Source: Candidatus Woesearchaeota archaeon (GTDB lineage Archaea; Nanobdellota; Nanobdellia; Woesearchaeales; JAZDKJ01). From it: 64,000 nt of DNA. The stretch covers positions 32,001 through 96,000 of the forward strand of contig JAZDKJ010000012.1 of assembly GCA_043803105.1 (NCBI GenBank), written 5' to 3'. Position numbers and translations under genes: made by a program. The notes under the pieces were generated by a model. It saw only the letters and a program-made list of their open reading frames with translations, was not told the origin of the DNA and did not search any database. Numbering within the stretch: the first letter of the stretch is position 1; the number at the start of each line of letters is the position of its first letter. This document shows positions 17,374 through 28,066 of the stretch, piece by piece.

Positions 17374-18740
17374 GAAGATACCTTGTCTATGTTGCATCAT
17401 TGCTTGCTGTTTTTTCCTTGCTATTGCCCTTCTATTTGAGGTATGTTGAATCCCAGCCTCTAGTTTTCGCTGGCGAGTCATATTATAATCTTAGGATTGC
17501 ATCTCTTATACAGAAGTCTGGTATTCCACATTATGACTTAATGTTGTGGCAACCTAGGCCTTACCTGATTAACCCTTATCATCTGGTATTGGCAGGTTTT
17601 TTTCTTCTATTTACCCATATCCAGACCTCGATACTATTTCCTGTTCTCTTAGGAGCTCTCTCATTTGTCATTTTTGGCATGCTGCTTAAGAGCTTCTCTG
17701 TTTCCTCTCATGTCACTCTGGCATCCCTAGTTATGCTTGCCTTCAGCCCGCCATTTGTGCACACCTTCACTGTGTCATCACCAATTGCCCTTTCTGCAAC
17801 TATAGTCCTCCTTGGTTTGTACCTTCTGTGTTCAGAGCAAGCCTTCGCTAAGTGGCTCGGTATCCTTTCCTTGTCTATAGTTCCTTTTTTCAGTTTTTCT
17901 TTCGCTGTTGTCTCAATAGTGGTCCTGCTTTCTGTGGAAAAGTACAGGAAGAATGCAATTGCCGTGCTTCCGGTTATTGTTCTTACGCTTGTCTCTCTTG
18001 TTCTGCAGCTGCCCACAGTTCATATTCCACAGATTCATCTGTTTTTTTCTGACCTGGGCAGCCAGTTCGGGTTCGGCCTGTTTAATGTCATTCTTTGCTT
18101 CCTCGGGCTGATTCTTGCATGGCCCAAGAAGTCTGGCTTGCTGTCATGGTTTGTGGTTGGGCTGTCAATTATCTCTGTCTCATTCCTTGATCTTGGATCT
18201 CTCGTCCTCCTCAATTACCTTGTTTCCGTGGCCGCAGCCTTTGCCTTTGTTCGTTTATTGAAAATGCGCTGGGATCTTCTGCAGATAAGGTTTATGTCCA
18301 TTACTCTCATTGTCTGTGGTCTGCTTTTTTCCTTTGTAACTTTTGAGACCTCTCTCGCCTCCTCTGCTCCAACAGAAGGTCTGGAGCAAGCTCTCTCTTG
18401 GCTGTCTACGCAAGAGACTTCAGCGGTTTTTAGCCACCCATCTTTGGGTTTCTTCATTCAGGCTGATGCAGGGAAAAAAGTGCTTGCTGATGATCTAACT
18501 ATAGATCAAAAAATACTTAATGACTCCAATACATTGTTTTACTCCAGGAGCCTGCAGAAGACCAAGGAGATCTTGTCAAAATACAATATATCGCATATTC
18601 TTATCTCTCCAGAGATGAAGGTTGGTTTGGTTTGGAATGAACCAGAACAAGGTCTCCTATTCTTACTCCGGAATAACGAAACATTTAAAAGTGTTTACAA
18701 CAAGTCTCAAGTCCTGGTTGTTTCGTACTCTGGTGGTTAG
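17370..18740 (+). CDS. GT-C-fold membrane protein (paralog of upstream gene)
   Basis: GESYYNLRIA, multi-TM core, ALSWLS...AVFS...YNISHIL C-domain. Confidence 0.65.
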   Translation: MRRYLVYVASLLAVFSLLLPFYLRYVESQPLVFAGESYYNLRIASLIQKSGIPHYDLMLWQPRPYLINPYHLVLAGFFLLFTHIQTSILFPVLLGALSFVIFGMLLKSFSVSSHVTLASLVMLAFSPPFVHTFTVSSPIALSATIVLLGLYLLCSEQAFAKWLGILSLSIVPFFSFSFAVVSIVVLLSVEKYRKNAIAVLPVIVLTLVSLVLQLPTVHIPQIHLFFSDLGSQFGFGLFNVILCFLGLILAWPKKSGLLSWFVVGLSIISVSFLDLGSLVLLNYLVSVAAAFAFVRLLKMRWDLLQIRFMSITLIVCGLLFSFVTFETSLASSAPTEGLEQALSWLSTQETSAVFSHPSLGFFIQADAGKKVLADDLTIDQKILNDSNTLFYSRSLQKTKEILSKYNISHILISPEMKVGLVWNEPEQGLLFLLRNNETFKSVYNKSQVLVVSYSGG

Positions 18741-19971
18741 ATGATAAGATATATACTTTGGGGTGTCTCATTTATCACCCTTTATGTTTCTCTGGTCTGG
18801 CTTAGCTTCATGTACTTGAATCCATTTCAGCACAAGCGACTTTTTTCATATCCCAGCATTACTGTTGTAATACCTGCTTATAATGAAGAGCGCACTGTTG
18901 TCGATACAATTAAATCTGTTGCTTCTGCCTCTTATCCAAAAGGAAAGCTTAGTCTGGTTGTGGTTAATGATGGCAGCACTGATCATACTTCAGCTGTTGC
19001 CAAAGAATATATCCGGTCCGCCAGGATTAAGAACGCAATTGTCATAGATAAACCACAATCGGGCAAGGCAGCCGCACTTAATACTGCCCTCAAAAGCACT
19101 TCGACTGAATTGTTTGCCTGCGTGGATGCAGATTCTTTGATTGACAAACATGCCTTGCTGCAATTAATGCACCACTTCGAAGACCCAAAGAATGCTGCTG
19201 TGATAACTGCCTTGAAGGTGTATAAGCCCAAGAAGCTCTTGGAAAAGGTACAGCATTTTGAATACCTGTTGGGCATTATTACCCGGAAGATTCGTTCCTC
19301 AATCAATACCCTGGCAATGACCCCCTGGCGTTTTGAGCGTTTACAGAACTAATTTACTACAAGATCTCGGGGGTTTTGATGAGCATAATATTACCGAGGA
19401 TTTTGAGATTGCCATGCGACTGAAGTTTCATGGTTATAACATTCAGCTCGAGACTAAAAGCATCACGTACACTAATGTACCCGACACGTTCCGCGCGCTA
19501 AAGAGGCAACGCGTTAGATGGTTCAGGGGCTATATCTTCAACCACATAAAATATAAGAGTATGTTCTTTGATCGGAATAATAAGTTCATGGGGTATTTCC
19601 AGCTACCCTTGAACATCATCTCTATTGGTATACTCCTCCTCAGCACAACACTCATAGGGTATGGGACCTTTACGACTGTGAGGGAGCTCATCCAACGGGC
19701 TCTCTTGATTAAGGGGTATATCCCCAGCCTGTTTTACATACCTCCCCTAAAAGAGATAATCCTTGGCCATGACATTCAGATCATGTTTCCAATATATATA
19801 GGCGCAATTGGAGGTTTTTACCTTTTCTATGTTGCTCACAAGGAGACAAACGAAAAGTTTAAGCACCCTCTCTCGATTTGGCTTTATTTCACAATCTTTC
19901 CCTTGCTTAATTTTTATTATTGGGTTTGCTCACTGGTGCAGGAGGTCTTTAGGTCCAAGAGAAAATGGTGA
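18741..19971 (+). pseudogene. Processive GT2 glycosyltransferase split by a frameshift at the C5 tract 19321-19325
   Basis: ORF1 has IPAYNEE, VNDGSTD, GKAAALN and VDADS; ORF2 has ITEDF and QRVRW. Removing one C gives MTPGVLSVYR, joining them. Confidence 0.8.
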
Positions 19972-20609
19972 AGCGCTTTGCAAAGCATGTTTTTGTAGTC
20001 ACATTGGTACTTCTGGTTGTCGTTTTTGTCACCGGCCTGCTCTTTGGTAGGTCTCTTGGCACTTCAAGGGAGGTTGAAATCACAAGGTTGATTCAGCGTA
20101 ATGAGCTTAATGCAGAGAGCTTCTTGATTGAGCAGGACCTGTTCAAGAACCTTGACAAGAGCAATTGTGAGCTTGTCAGGATAAGGCTTACTGACATGTC
20201 TAATGAGCTTGGAAAGACTGGACGAGTGCTTGTCCAGAACAATTCAAGAAGCTCACTTGGCGCTGAAGAATTTGCTTTTCTCAAGCTAAAGTATCACTTG
20301 ATGCAGGTAAGGTCTTACCTGTTGTTTGAGCGCCTCAAGGATAAGTGCAATATCACATCAAACGTGATTTTGTACTACTATGGCATCAATGATAAGGACT
20401 CTGCCGAACAGGGCAAGATACTTGACCAGGTGGTAAAGGATTACCCTGTGTCTGTTTTTGCTATTGAGTACAATTATTCCCCCCAGCTCAGGTTCCTTGA
20501 GGCTTTCTATAATGTGACTGCCACTCCGACCATTGTTCTGGATTTTGGTCGCATCCACATGGGATTGGCTGATTACGATACCATCACCAGTGAATTGACA
20601 AAGCCATAA
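19965..20609 (+). CDS. Membrane-anchored protein with C-terminal thioredoxin-like fold (no CxxC)
   Basis: N-terminal TM; ILYYY...SAEQGKILD...YNVTATPTIVL. Confidence 0.6.
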   Translation: MVKRFAKHVFVVTLVLLVVVFVTGLLFGRSLGTSREVEITRLIQRNELNAESFLIEQDLFKNLDKSNCELVRIRLTDMSNELGKTGRVLVQNNSRSSLGAEEFAFLKLKYHLMQVRSYLLFERLKDKCNITSNVILYYYGINDKDSAEQGKILDQVVKDYPVSVFAIEYNYSPQLRFLEAFYNVTATPTIVLDFGRIHMGLADYDTITSELTKP

Positions 20610-22693
20610 TGCAGCGCGCTTATCAAAAGCACATTTTCTTGACAAGCCTACTTTTGACTCTTTCAATTTTTACGATGGGGATCATTATTAGTTACTTCAT
20701 GGATTTCGTAAGGATTGCCGAGATTACCAAGGTCATAGAGAAGAATGAACTTGACAGTGAGGCTTATTTTCTTCAGCAGGATTTTCTTGCAGTCTCTGGT
20801 GCCAATCAATGTGCTCAAATAGAGCAGCGCCTGACCAGTCTGAAGGAGGAGGTAAGGAAGGTTGGTATTGACCTTTCCAATTATGGTAGCAAGGGTTTTT
20901 TCAAGAAAAAAGATTATGATTACCTTAAGCGCAAGTATTTTCTTTTGGAGTTGCAGTTTCTCACGCTTGTGAACGGTGTTAACGACCGCTGTGGCAGCAC
21001 CTACATCCCGATCATTTTTTTCTACAAGATTGATGATGCCTTAAGTGAGCGTCAGGGCTATGTGCTTGATGACATCAATGAGGCTTACCCTGCCCAAGTT
21101 GTAGTTGTTTCTCTTGACAAGGATTATGTCGATGAGCCCATTGTGAGTTATTTGGTCAAAAAGTACAATGTTACGAAAGCGCCCACTGTTATTATTGACA
21201 ACAACATCAAGCAAGAGAGACTCCTGTACACAGGCGAGCTTAACGCCACAATTTTAAGATTGCTGCGCAGGACTGATGAGTATTCCAAGGGCACAAATTT
21301 TGATTTTGTCATTGATGCTACAAAGACAAATAAGTCCCTTCTCATGCTAAGATATAAGCAGCTTGTTGAGATCAACATCTCTCCCTTCGCAAAGGGTGAT
21401 ATTCTTCTTGCTCTTGGCAGACTTTCCAACAATGAGTCCTTGAAGTGCCTTGCCTTGCGATATTATGATGAGTATAAGCCGCAGCAACCAGAGGAGAGAG
21501 CTTTGTTGTTTGAAACCTATGCTTCGATTGGCTGCGGTCGAAACAGAAAGGCTTTTCTCCTTGAAGCCTCCAGGATCTGGAAAGCCTTAGGGAATAATGC
21601 TCGCTCTGAAATCGAGGAGAGGTTATCACAAAGAGAAGAACCTCTGCTGGTTTTTGAACCAAGCAGGCTCAATGCCACAAGAATCCCTCGTTTCTCCAAG
21701 GTTACTATTGGACGGACGGGTTTTTCCATTACCAAGTCCGATGTCCTGGTTTCGCAGGTTGACCGGGTGAATCGAGATTGGTTATCTGGCCAGCTTAATT
21801 CCTCCCCGTTCTCACAAAATCTCCTCACAGTGTTCTCTGAGAGATATACTCTTCCAGAGTTCGAACTCTTGCCAGATATTGGTTGGCACGAAGGTGCAAG
21901 GATAAAGGAGATACAAAAGATTGGTCTGAAGCGCTATACTGCCACCGGAACTCTTGTAGCCAAGCGCAATGGAACATGGTTTGCCCCTGATGAAAAAGGG
22001 ATTTTCCGCTTTGAGGTGCCCCTTGATAAAGTCCTCTATCCTACAACCAGGTTCTTGTCAGAAGACCTTGCTGTGATTGTTGATACCCATGGCGTAAACA
22101 TGCTTGTTGAACAAGCCTTAAGATTGAACGCAAGTGTTGTGATCGGTTGTTGTGACAATCCCTCAAAGGTTGCTGCAGCAAAATACCTTGCGGGCAAGGG
22201 CATCAAGGTCGTTTGTTTCACAGATAAGTATCTCCCCCTTATTCTAGGCTCAAACCTTTCAATACTTGGCAGCCCCCCTATGTTGAGGAATGGTAACTCT
22301 GTCTTGCTTGGCAGCCAGCCTGTCTCGATACTCTCCTCAGATGTGCTGCTTGTTGAGGATGTGGCAAACTATTCACAGGTCCAGAGCTATTATGATACGC
22401 CTGCGCGCTATTTCAGTCAGCTTAACGCTTCTCTTGATGTTCATTACTTTGGGCTTTCTGCCTCAAGTGGTCCAGAAGATTTCATCGATGCTGCCGTTAA
22501 GCTTAACGCGAATGTGGTTGCTGCCAGGGTTTATTCGCTTGAGGACTATCTGGCCATTAGCTCCTGGCTCCGAGAAGACATGCATCACAGGGCAATCCTG
22601 TTTCACTCAGCGCCATATCCTTTTGGGTTAATCATTTATGAAGAATTCAGGGACCAAACGTCTTTTGATGATATTCATCCGGAGTTTTCATGA
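20609..22693 (+). CDS. Membrane-anchored protein: same thioredoxin-like module plus a large C-terminal region
   Basis: IIFFY...SERQGYVLD...YNVTKAPTVII parallels the upstream gene; C-part has VDTHG and GCCD. Confidence 0.6.
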   Translation: MQRAYQKHIFLTSLLLTLSIFTMGIIISYFMDFVRIAEITKVIEKNELDSEAYFLQQDFLAVSGANQCAQIEQRLTSLKEEVRKVGIDLSNYGSKGFFKKKDYDYLKRKYFLLELQFLTLVNGVNDRCGSTYIPIIFFYKIDDALSERQGYVLDDINEAYPAQVVVVSLDKDYVDEPIVSYLVKKYNVTKAPTVIIDNNIKQERLLYTGELNATILRLLRRTDEYSKGTNFDFVIDATKTNKSLLMLRYKQLVEINISPFAKGDILLALGRLSNNESLKCLALRYYDEYKPQQPEERALLFETYASIGCGRNRKAFLLEASRIWKALGNNARSEIEERLSQREEPLLVFEPSRLNATRIPRFSKVTIGRTGFSITKSDVLVSQVDRVNRDWLSGQLNSSPFSQNLLTVFSERYTLPEFELLPDIGWHEGARIKEIQKIGLKRYTATGTLVAKRNGTWFAPDEKGIFRFEVPLDKVLYPTTRFLSEDLAVIVDTHGVNMLVEQALRLNASVVIGCCDNPSKVAAAKYLAGKGIKVVCFTDKYLPLILGSNLSILGSPPMLRNGNSVLLGSQPVSILSSDVLLVEDVANYSQVQSYYDTPARYFSQLNASLDVHYFGLSASSGPEDFIDAAVKLNANVVAARVYSLEDYLAISSWLREDMHHRAILFHSAPYPFGLIIYEEFRDQTSFDDIHPEFS

Positions 22694-24084
22694 GGAAGCC
22701 CTACCTGCCGATCGTTATTGTTCTGTTTGTTTCGCTTGTCGTAAGGCTTTACTTCTTTTTTTCTTATCACGACATGTGGTGGGATGCCGCAGTCTACATT
22801 GGCATGGGCAAATACATGCTTACTCTTGGCCATCTTGGTTTGTGGGAGCCGATTAGGCCTGTCTTCTGGCCGCTGATTCTGGGATTGTTGTGGTCTACAA
22901 GATTGAATGTTGTTGTGCTTGGCAATTTGGTTCAGCTTTTAATGAGCATAGGTATAATCTATCTTGTTTATGCCATTGCAGCAAATGCCTTTGATAGGAG
23001 GACAGCTGTCTTGGCTGCGGCAATTTTTTCTTTTGGTTCGATTTTTTTCATTTTAGGTTATCATTTGTATACTGAAATTCCCGCCACTTTTTTTCTGCTT
23101 CTTGCGCTATTTTTTCTTTTCAGGCAATCTTTTTTCACGTCCGGGTTATTTTTTGCCTTCTCAGTTTTGACCAAGTTTACAATGATGGTTTTTATTGTTC
23201 CTATCATCATTTTTTTGTTCTTTAATCCTCGTTTTAGGTCATTTATGTTTTTTGGTTTAGGTGCCCTTGTACCCTTAGTGCCAGCTCTTGCAGTCAATCT
23301 TTGGTTTTACAGCTCTCCATTTTTTCCATTTCTCGAAGCCAATCGCGTAATCAATCAGGTTCTCGGCTGCAATGTCCTGAGTTTCAAGCCATGGTATTTT
23401 TATTTGCGGATGATGATATCTGAGAGTGCGCTTTACGTCCTTTTGCCAATTGGTTTTCTTATTTCCCTTCGCAGGCGAAAGCGCGAAGATTTGTTGATTT
23501 GTGTCTCCCTTGTGTTGCCTCTAGTGTATTTGTCAACCCTCCATTGTCGTGATTACCGCTATCTTCTGGCCTTTCTGCCTTTCGCTTCAATGCTTGTTGG
23601 CCTCGCGCTTGCTTTTATGCTTGCTAGGCTCCCTGAAAGGTTTTTCTTGCTGCTTGTTATAATGATTGCCATTACTGGATTTGTTTCTGCTTTCTCTTTT
23701 TACAGGCTTAATGAGCCGTCTTCAGAGCCCGCTGTTGCAAGAGACTTTTACAGGTTTTTGGAGAACCGCACTGCAGAACACGAGATTTGGGTTAGTAATC
23801 CTATTGTGGCCCTTTATGCAGATAAGAAGGTAAACCTGGTCTATTATCCTGTCTTTGACTCCAACCTCATCTTTAGTTTCAATCAGTACATTCGTCATCA
23901 TTTGGCAAATGTAAGCTATGTTTTCCTTGACAGTTGCGGTGGAGGTATCATCTGCCCACCCAAGGACACTGCATGTCTATCAGAATCCGATGATCTGGTT
24001 CGTTTTCTTTACAATAATTCCAGGTTGGTGTATTACTCCAGCTCTGCAGGATGCGCCGATTATGTTTTCTTTAACCAAGCTTGA
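22690..24084 (+). CDS. GT-C (PMT/ArnT-like) membrane glycosyltransferase
   Basis: WWDAAVY, RPVFWP, YTEIP, TKF and RDYRYLL motifs; multi-TM. Confidence 0.8.
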   Translation: MRKPYLPIVIVLFVSLVVRLYFFFSYHDMWWDAAVYIGMGKYMLTLGHLGLWEPIRPVFWPLILGLLWSTRLNVVVLGNLVQLLMSIGIIYLVYAIAANAFDRRTAVLAAAIFSFGSIFFILGYHLYTEIPATFFLLLALFFLFRQSFFTSGLFFAFSVLTKFTMMVFIVPIIIFLFFNPRFRSFMFFGLGALVPLVPALAVNLWFYSSPFFPFLEANRVINQVLGCNVLSFKPWYFYLRMMISESALYVLLPIGFLISLRRRKREDLLICVSLVLPLVYLSTLHCRDYRYLLAFLPFASMLVGLALAFMLARLPERFFLLLVIMIAITGFVSAFSFYRLNEPSSEPAVARDFYRFLENRTAEHEIWVSNPIVALYADKKVNLVYYPVFDSNLIFSFNQYIRHHLANVSYVFLDSCGGGIICPPKDTACLSESDDLVRFLYNNSRLVYYSSSAGCADYVFFNQA

Positions 24085-24517
24085 TGAGGTCTCCCACAGT
24101 TAGACCTTCTGCTGCTTTCGGCTTGGCCTGATTGCTGTTTTCCTTGTATTCTTCAACAAGCTTGATTTTTAAGAATCTTTCTATTTTTCGTGCTAGCTCG
24201 ATTGGTGGTTGGTACCTTCCTGATTCTATGTTGTGTATTAAGGAAGTTTTTTCGCTTATTTTATTTGCAAATTCCTCCTGCTTTAGCCCTAATGCCTCTC
24301 GCGCCTGTTTTACTAGCACCGCATAGTTGCCCACTACAATTTCTTGTGCAGGCTCTTCCCTCTGCCGCTCAGGTTTTTTGCTTGGTACAACCAGTGATGC
24401 AGGCTTGTTTGGCAGAAGCTTTCCGTACTTAGAACATTTTTCGCAGACCATCAGTTCTATCCCTTCTACTGATGTCCTCAGGAGCGCCTCTTCCTTGCCA
24501 CAGAGCTCGCATTGCAT
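24071..24517 (-). CDS. mbf1: Archaeal multiprotein bridging factor aMBF1
   Basis: CELCG...VCEKC Zn ribbon, HTH (AREALGLKQEEFA...IESG), TVGDLI. Confidence 0.93.
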   Translation of the reverse strand: MQCELCGKEEALLRTSVEGIELMVCEKCSKYGKLLPNKPASLVVPSKKPERQREEPAQEIVVGNYAVLVKQAREALGLKQEEFANKISEKTSLIHNIESGRYQPPIELARKIERFLKIKLVEEYKENSNQAKPKAAEGLTVGDLIKLG

Positions 24518-24667
24518 TTTTTAGCACCCCATCTTCTTTGTCTTTGTCGTCCATTTTTGGACATCTCACGTAAAGTGTGACAGATATAAAAATCTTTGCT
24601 GCTTACATAATTTTGTCCTCTGATAAATCCGTTAAGTTTAAATAATCACCTCAAATTAGCTTGGGCT

Positions 24668-25807
24668 ATGAAGCATGCCTCTCCAAACAGGGAAATCTCC
24701 CTTAATGAGCAAAGTGAGATTGCCAACTATGTTGATAAGGCTCGATTGCGAGGCTATGCTGACAAGAGAATCCTTAAGAGTCTTTCTTCTGCAGGCTGGC
24801 CGGAAAATATTGTTCTTTCGATAATGCAAGAGTGTGATTCCAAGCCTGGCAATAGCATCATCAAGTGTGTTAATCTGACTAAGCGTTTTGGAGATAATGT
24901 TGTGCTTGATTCAATCTCCCTTGAGATACCAGAGGGAGGCATTTTCGGAATCATTGGTCTGAGCGGCTCTGGAAAGACCACGCTGCTCAATTCTATGATA
25001 GGGTTTCTGCAGCCTGATGAAGGTGAGGTTTTCTTTCACAAGCCTCGTTCCTCAGAATACCTTTCTGTTTCTGAGAGGCTGATGGACGTAAAGAGGCTTT
25101 TTGGTTTTGCCACCCAAGAGCCTTCCTTTTACAACAAGCTCACCACTGAAGAGAATCTTGACCATTTTGGCTCATTGTATAATCTGCCCACCAATGTGCG
25201 CAAAGCTAATGTGAGCCTGTTGCTCGAGCTCATGGGGCTGACTGAGTCAAAGAATACCCTTGCTGAGAACCTTTCCGGGGGCATGCAGCGCCGACTAGGT
25301 ATTGCCTGCTCTCTCATCCATGATCCAAAGATATTGATACTTGATGAGCCGACTGCAGACCTCGATCCTCTTCTGCGCCGAGAGATGTGGAACCTTATAA
25401 GTAAGATAAACCAGCAGGGCACCACAGTAATCCTCTCCTCGCACTTCTTGAGTGAAATCGAGGAATTGTGCACAAATGTGGCTATCCTCCATAACAGGAA
25501 GATTGTTGACGTAGGGACCCCTAATGAGCTAAGAAAGAAGCTCTCTACCAACGAGGAGATTCACCTGCGGACAGCATCTGCTAACTATGAGAAGCTCATA
25601 CGCGAGCTTCAGAAGGAGAACCTTTTTATCGAACAGCTTATAGAGAAGGACCATAAGCTAGTGATAGTGACCCCTCACGCAGAACGGATCCTTCATGCCT
25701 TGATACACGTCGTTGAAAGGAACAAGGAGTCCATCGTTGACCTCGATGTGGTTGACAAGCCTAGCCTCTTTGAGGTTTTCGAGCATTTGGTTATGAATAG
25801 TCATTAA
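24668..25807 (+). CDS. ABC transporter ATP-binding protein
   Basis: GLSGSGKTT, LSGGMQRR, ILDEPT, SSH; extra N-terminal SAGWPE helical module. Confidence 0.93.
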   Translation: MKHASPNREISLNEQSEIANYVDKARLRGYADKRILKSLSSAGWPENIVLSIMQECDSKPGNSIIKCVNLTKRFGDNVVLDSISLEIPEGGIFGIIGLSGSGKTTLLNSMIGFLQPDEGEVFFHKPRSSEYLSVSERLMDVKRLFGFATQEPSFYNKLTTEENLDHFGSLYNLPTNVRKANVSLLLELMGLTESKNTLAENLSGGMQRRLGIACSLIHDPKILILDEPTADLDPLLRREMWNLISKINQQGTTVILSSHFLSEIEELCTNVAILHNRKIVDVGTPNELRKKLSTNEEIHLRTASANYEKLIRELQKENLFIEQLIEKDHKLVIVTPHAERILHALIHVVERNKESIVDLDVVDKPSLFEVFEHLVMNSH

Positions 25808-25821
25808 AAGGAGGTGTATTT

Positions 25822-27558
25822 TTGGGTACTATACTCAAGGTTATCAAGAAGAATATCAAGCTCTTGATACGCTCCAAGGGTTCAGCCCTCATAGTCATTT
25901 TTGGCCCGCTCCTTGTCATTTTTCTTGTTGGCATTGCCTTTGACAACAGCAATGCCTATATGGTTAAGATTGGTGCCTATTCCGAAAAGTTTAGCGATTT
26001 TTCGAACAGCATTGTGAACCAGCTTAACGATAAGGATTTCAGGGTCTCGATTTTTTCTTCTAAGGAGGCTTGCATTGAGGCTATAAAGCAAGGTGAGGTT
26101 CACGTCTGCATGTTCTTTTCCAAGGATTTCACTATCGGCAAGGACATGAATAATGAGATCGCCTTTTACATTGACTATTCCAAGATAAATCTGGTCTGGA
26201 TGATCCTTGACACCTTGTCAGATGAGGTTCAATCAAAATCCTCGCAGGTTAGCATGGACCTGACGAACGTGCTGCTCACCAAGCTTGAGGACACCAGAAA
26301 AGAGGTGTCTTCAGACAAGGCCTTGGTTATCAAGCTTATCGATGGATCGGGCAAGGAGTCTGCGGATGTGTCTGCAATGCAGTCTTCGCTTCAGGGATTG
26401 AATCTCAATATGGACCTAGACAATTTCCCGGTCAAGGCCGTGGTCAATAGAACTGATCTTGTCAAGAAGCTCTCCGCAGACATTGCGAAGACGACCAATG
26501 ATTATATGTTGGACTTAAGGAAACAGCTGCGCAAGATGAATGTTACAGTCGCTGACATAGACAAGGTTATTGTGATCCTTGATGGCACAAAGTCTAAGCT
26601 TGATAACATGACCAAGAGGATGAACAGTAACACATCTGACCTTGCCTCTTTAGCATCCACTTTGCAGGAAAGCATTAGTTCTGTCAAGAGCCAGATTGAC
26701 GCTGCTGGTTCTGTGAGAAGGGATATCCTTGTCAAGCTTTCTGACTTGAAGAATCTCTTGGAATCTGACCTTGCAACCATAATGTCTATCCAGAGTTCAT
26801 TCAATAAGATCGAGAGCAACATTCAAGGAATCCAGGTAAAGAATGCAGAGAGCATAGTGAGTCCTATCAAGACAACCATCAACCCAGTAACTTCAAAGAA
26901 GACGCATCTGAATTACATTTTTCCAAGCCTTATTGTTCTCGTTGTGATGTTTGTGAGTCTCTTGCTCTCATCTACTCTGGTTGTAATGGAAAAAAGCTCA
27001 AAAGCCTATTTTCGCAACTTTATCACACCAACCAGGGACATTGTTTTCATTGTTGCCACTTACCTTACCAGTCTTTTGTTGCTTTTTGTCCAGGTTGTGG
27101 TTATACTGATAGTTGCTGCTTTCTTTTTCAAGTCGCAGCTCATTTCATCTTTGCCGAACACAATCCTCACCCTGTTCATAGCAGGGACCTTTTTCATTCT
27201 TGTTGGAATGGCTGTCGGTTACCTATTCAATTCTGAAGAGACATCAACCCTTGCTGCGATCTCCCTTGGCAGCGTTTTCCTTTTCCTTTCAAGTGTTATC
27301 CTGCCGCTCGAGAGCATGCCGCAGTATGTTATGCGGATTGCAGAATTTAACCCCTTCGTTGTCTCAGAGAATGCTCTGCGCCAGGCCTTGCTGTTCCAGT
27401 ATCCATTAAGGTTAATTGGTTACGAGCTTCTTCTGCTCTTGGGATACTCTGCTTTATTATTCGGGCTTACTCTGGTTATCCAAAAGGTTATGAAAAAACA
27501 TTTTGTCACCAAATACGCGCGGCGCTTTGCCCCCGTCAAGATGAAGAAAAAAGAATGA
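25822..27558 (+). CDS. ABC-2 type permease with large extracellular coiled-coil region
   Basis: IKKNIKLLIR N-terminus, six TM helices, LPLESMP...FNP motif. Confidence 0.85.
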   Translation: MGTILKVIKKNIKLLIRSKGSALIVIFGPLLVIFLVGIAFDNSNAYMVKIGAYSEKFSDFSNSIVNQLNDKDFRVSIFSSKEACIEAIKQGEVHVCMFFSKDFTIGKDMNNEIAFYIDYSKINLVWMILDTLSDEVQSKSSQVSMDLTNVLLTKLEDTRKEVSSDKALVIKLIDGSGKESADVSAMQSSLQGLNLNMDLDNFPVKAVVNRTDLVKKLSADIAKTTNDYMLDLRKQLRKMNVTVADIDKVIVILDGTKSKLDNMTKRMNSNTSDLASLASTLQESISSVKSQIDAAGSVRRDILVKLSDLKNLLESDLATIMSIQSSFNKIESNIQGIQVKNAESIVSPIKTTINPVTSKKTHLNYIFPSLIVLVVMFVSLLLSSTLVVMEKSSKAYFRNFITPTRDIVFIVATYLTSLLLLFVQVVVILIVAAFFFKSQLISSLPNTILTLFIAGTFFILVGMAVGYLFNSEETSTLAAISLGSVFLFLSSVILPLESMPQYVMRIAEFNPFVVSENALRQALLFQYPLRLIGYELLLLLGYSALLFGLTLVIQKVMKKHFVTKYARRFAPVKMKKKE

Positions 27559-27565
27559 TCTTGCC

Positions 27566-28066
27566 ATGACTGTTATCCTGGTGTCCGGAACCCCTGGCAC
27601 TGGTAAGACAACTCTTGCGAAGCTCATCTCTGAACGCTTTGGCTATCACCTGTTGGATGTAAACAAGCTGATTAAGAGAAGGAATCTTGCAGAAGGTTAT
27701 GACAAGTTGCGTGATTCGTTAATTGTTGATGTGAACAAACTCTCAAAGGTTCTGGTGAAGATGATCTCACGTTCTCATGATGTTGTTGTTGATTCTCATC
27801 TTTCTCATTACCTTCCTCCATCCTGCGCTGATGCATGCCTTGTTACCAAATGCACTTTGAAGGAGCTTAAGCGAAGGTTAGAAGAACGATATAGTCAGGC
27901 AAAAGTGCGTGAAAATCTTGATGCAGAGGTCTTTGACATAATCAGAAACGAGGCGGTTGAGCTTGGTCACAGAGTCTACATTGTTAGGACAACGCACGGC
28001 ATCAATTTGAAAAGGGTTAAGTCCATTCTAAGCAAGGTGAGTCATGACAGACAAAACCATTCTTGA
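27566..28066 (+). CDS. Adenylate kinase AK6/Fap7 family
   Basis: GTPGTGKTT, VVVDSHLSH, KVRENLDAE. Confidence 0.9.
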   Translation: MTVILVSGTPGTGKTTLAKLISERFGYHLLDVNKLIKRRNLAEGYDKLRDSLIVDVNKLSKVLVKMISRSHDVVVDSHLSHYLPPSCADACLVTKCTLKELKRRLEERYSQAKVRENLDAEVFDIIRNEAVELGHRVYIVRTTHGINLKRVKSILSKVSHDRQNHS

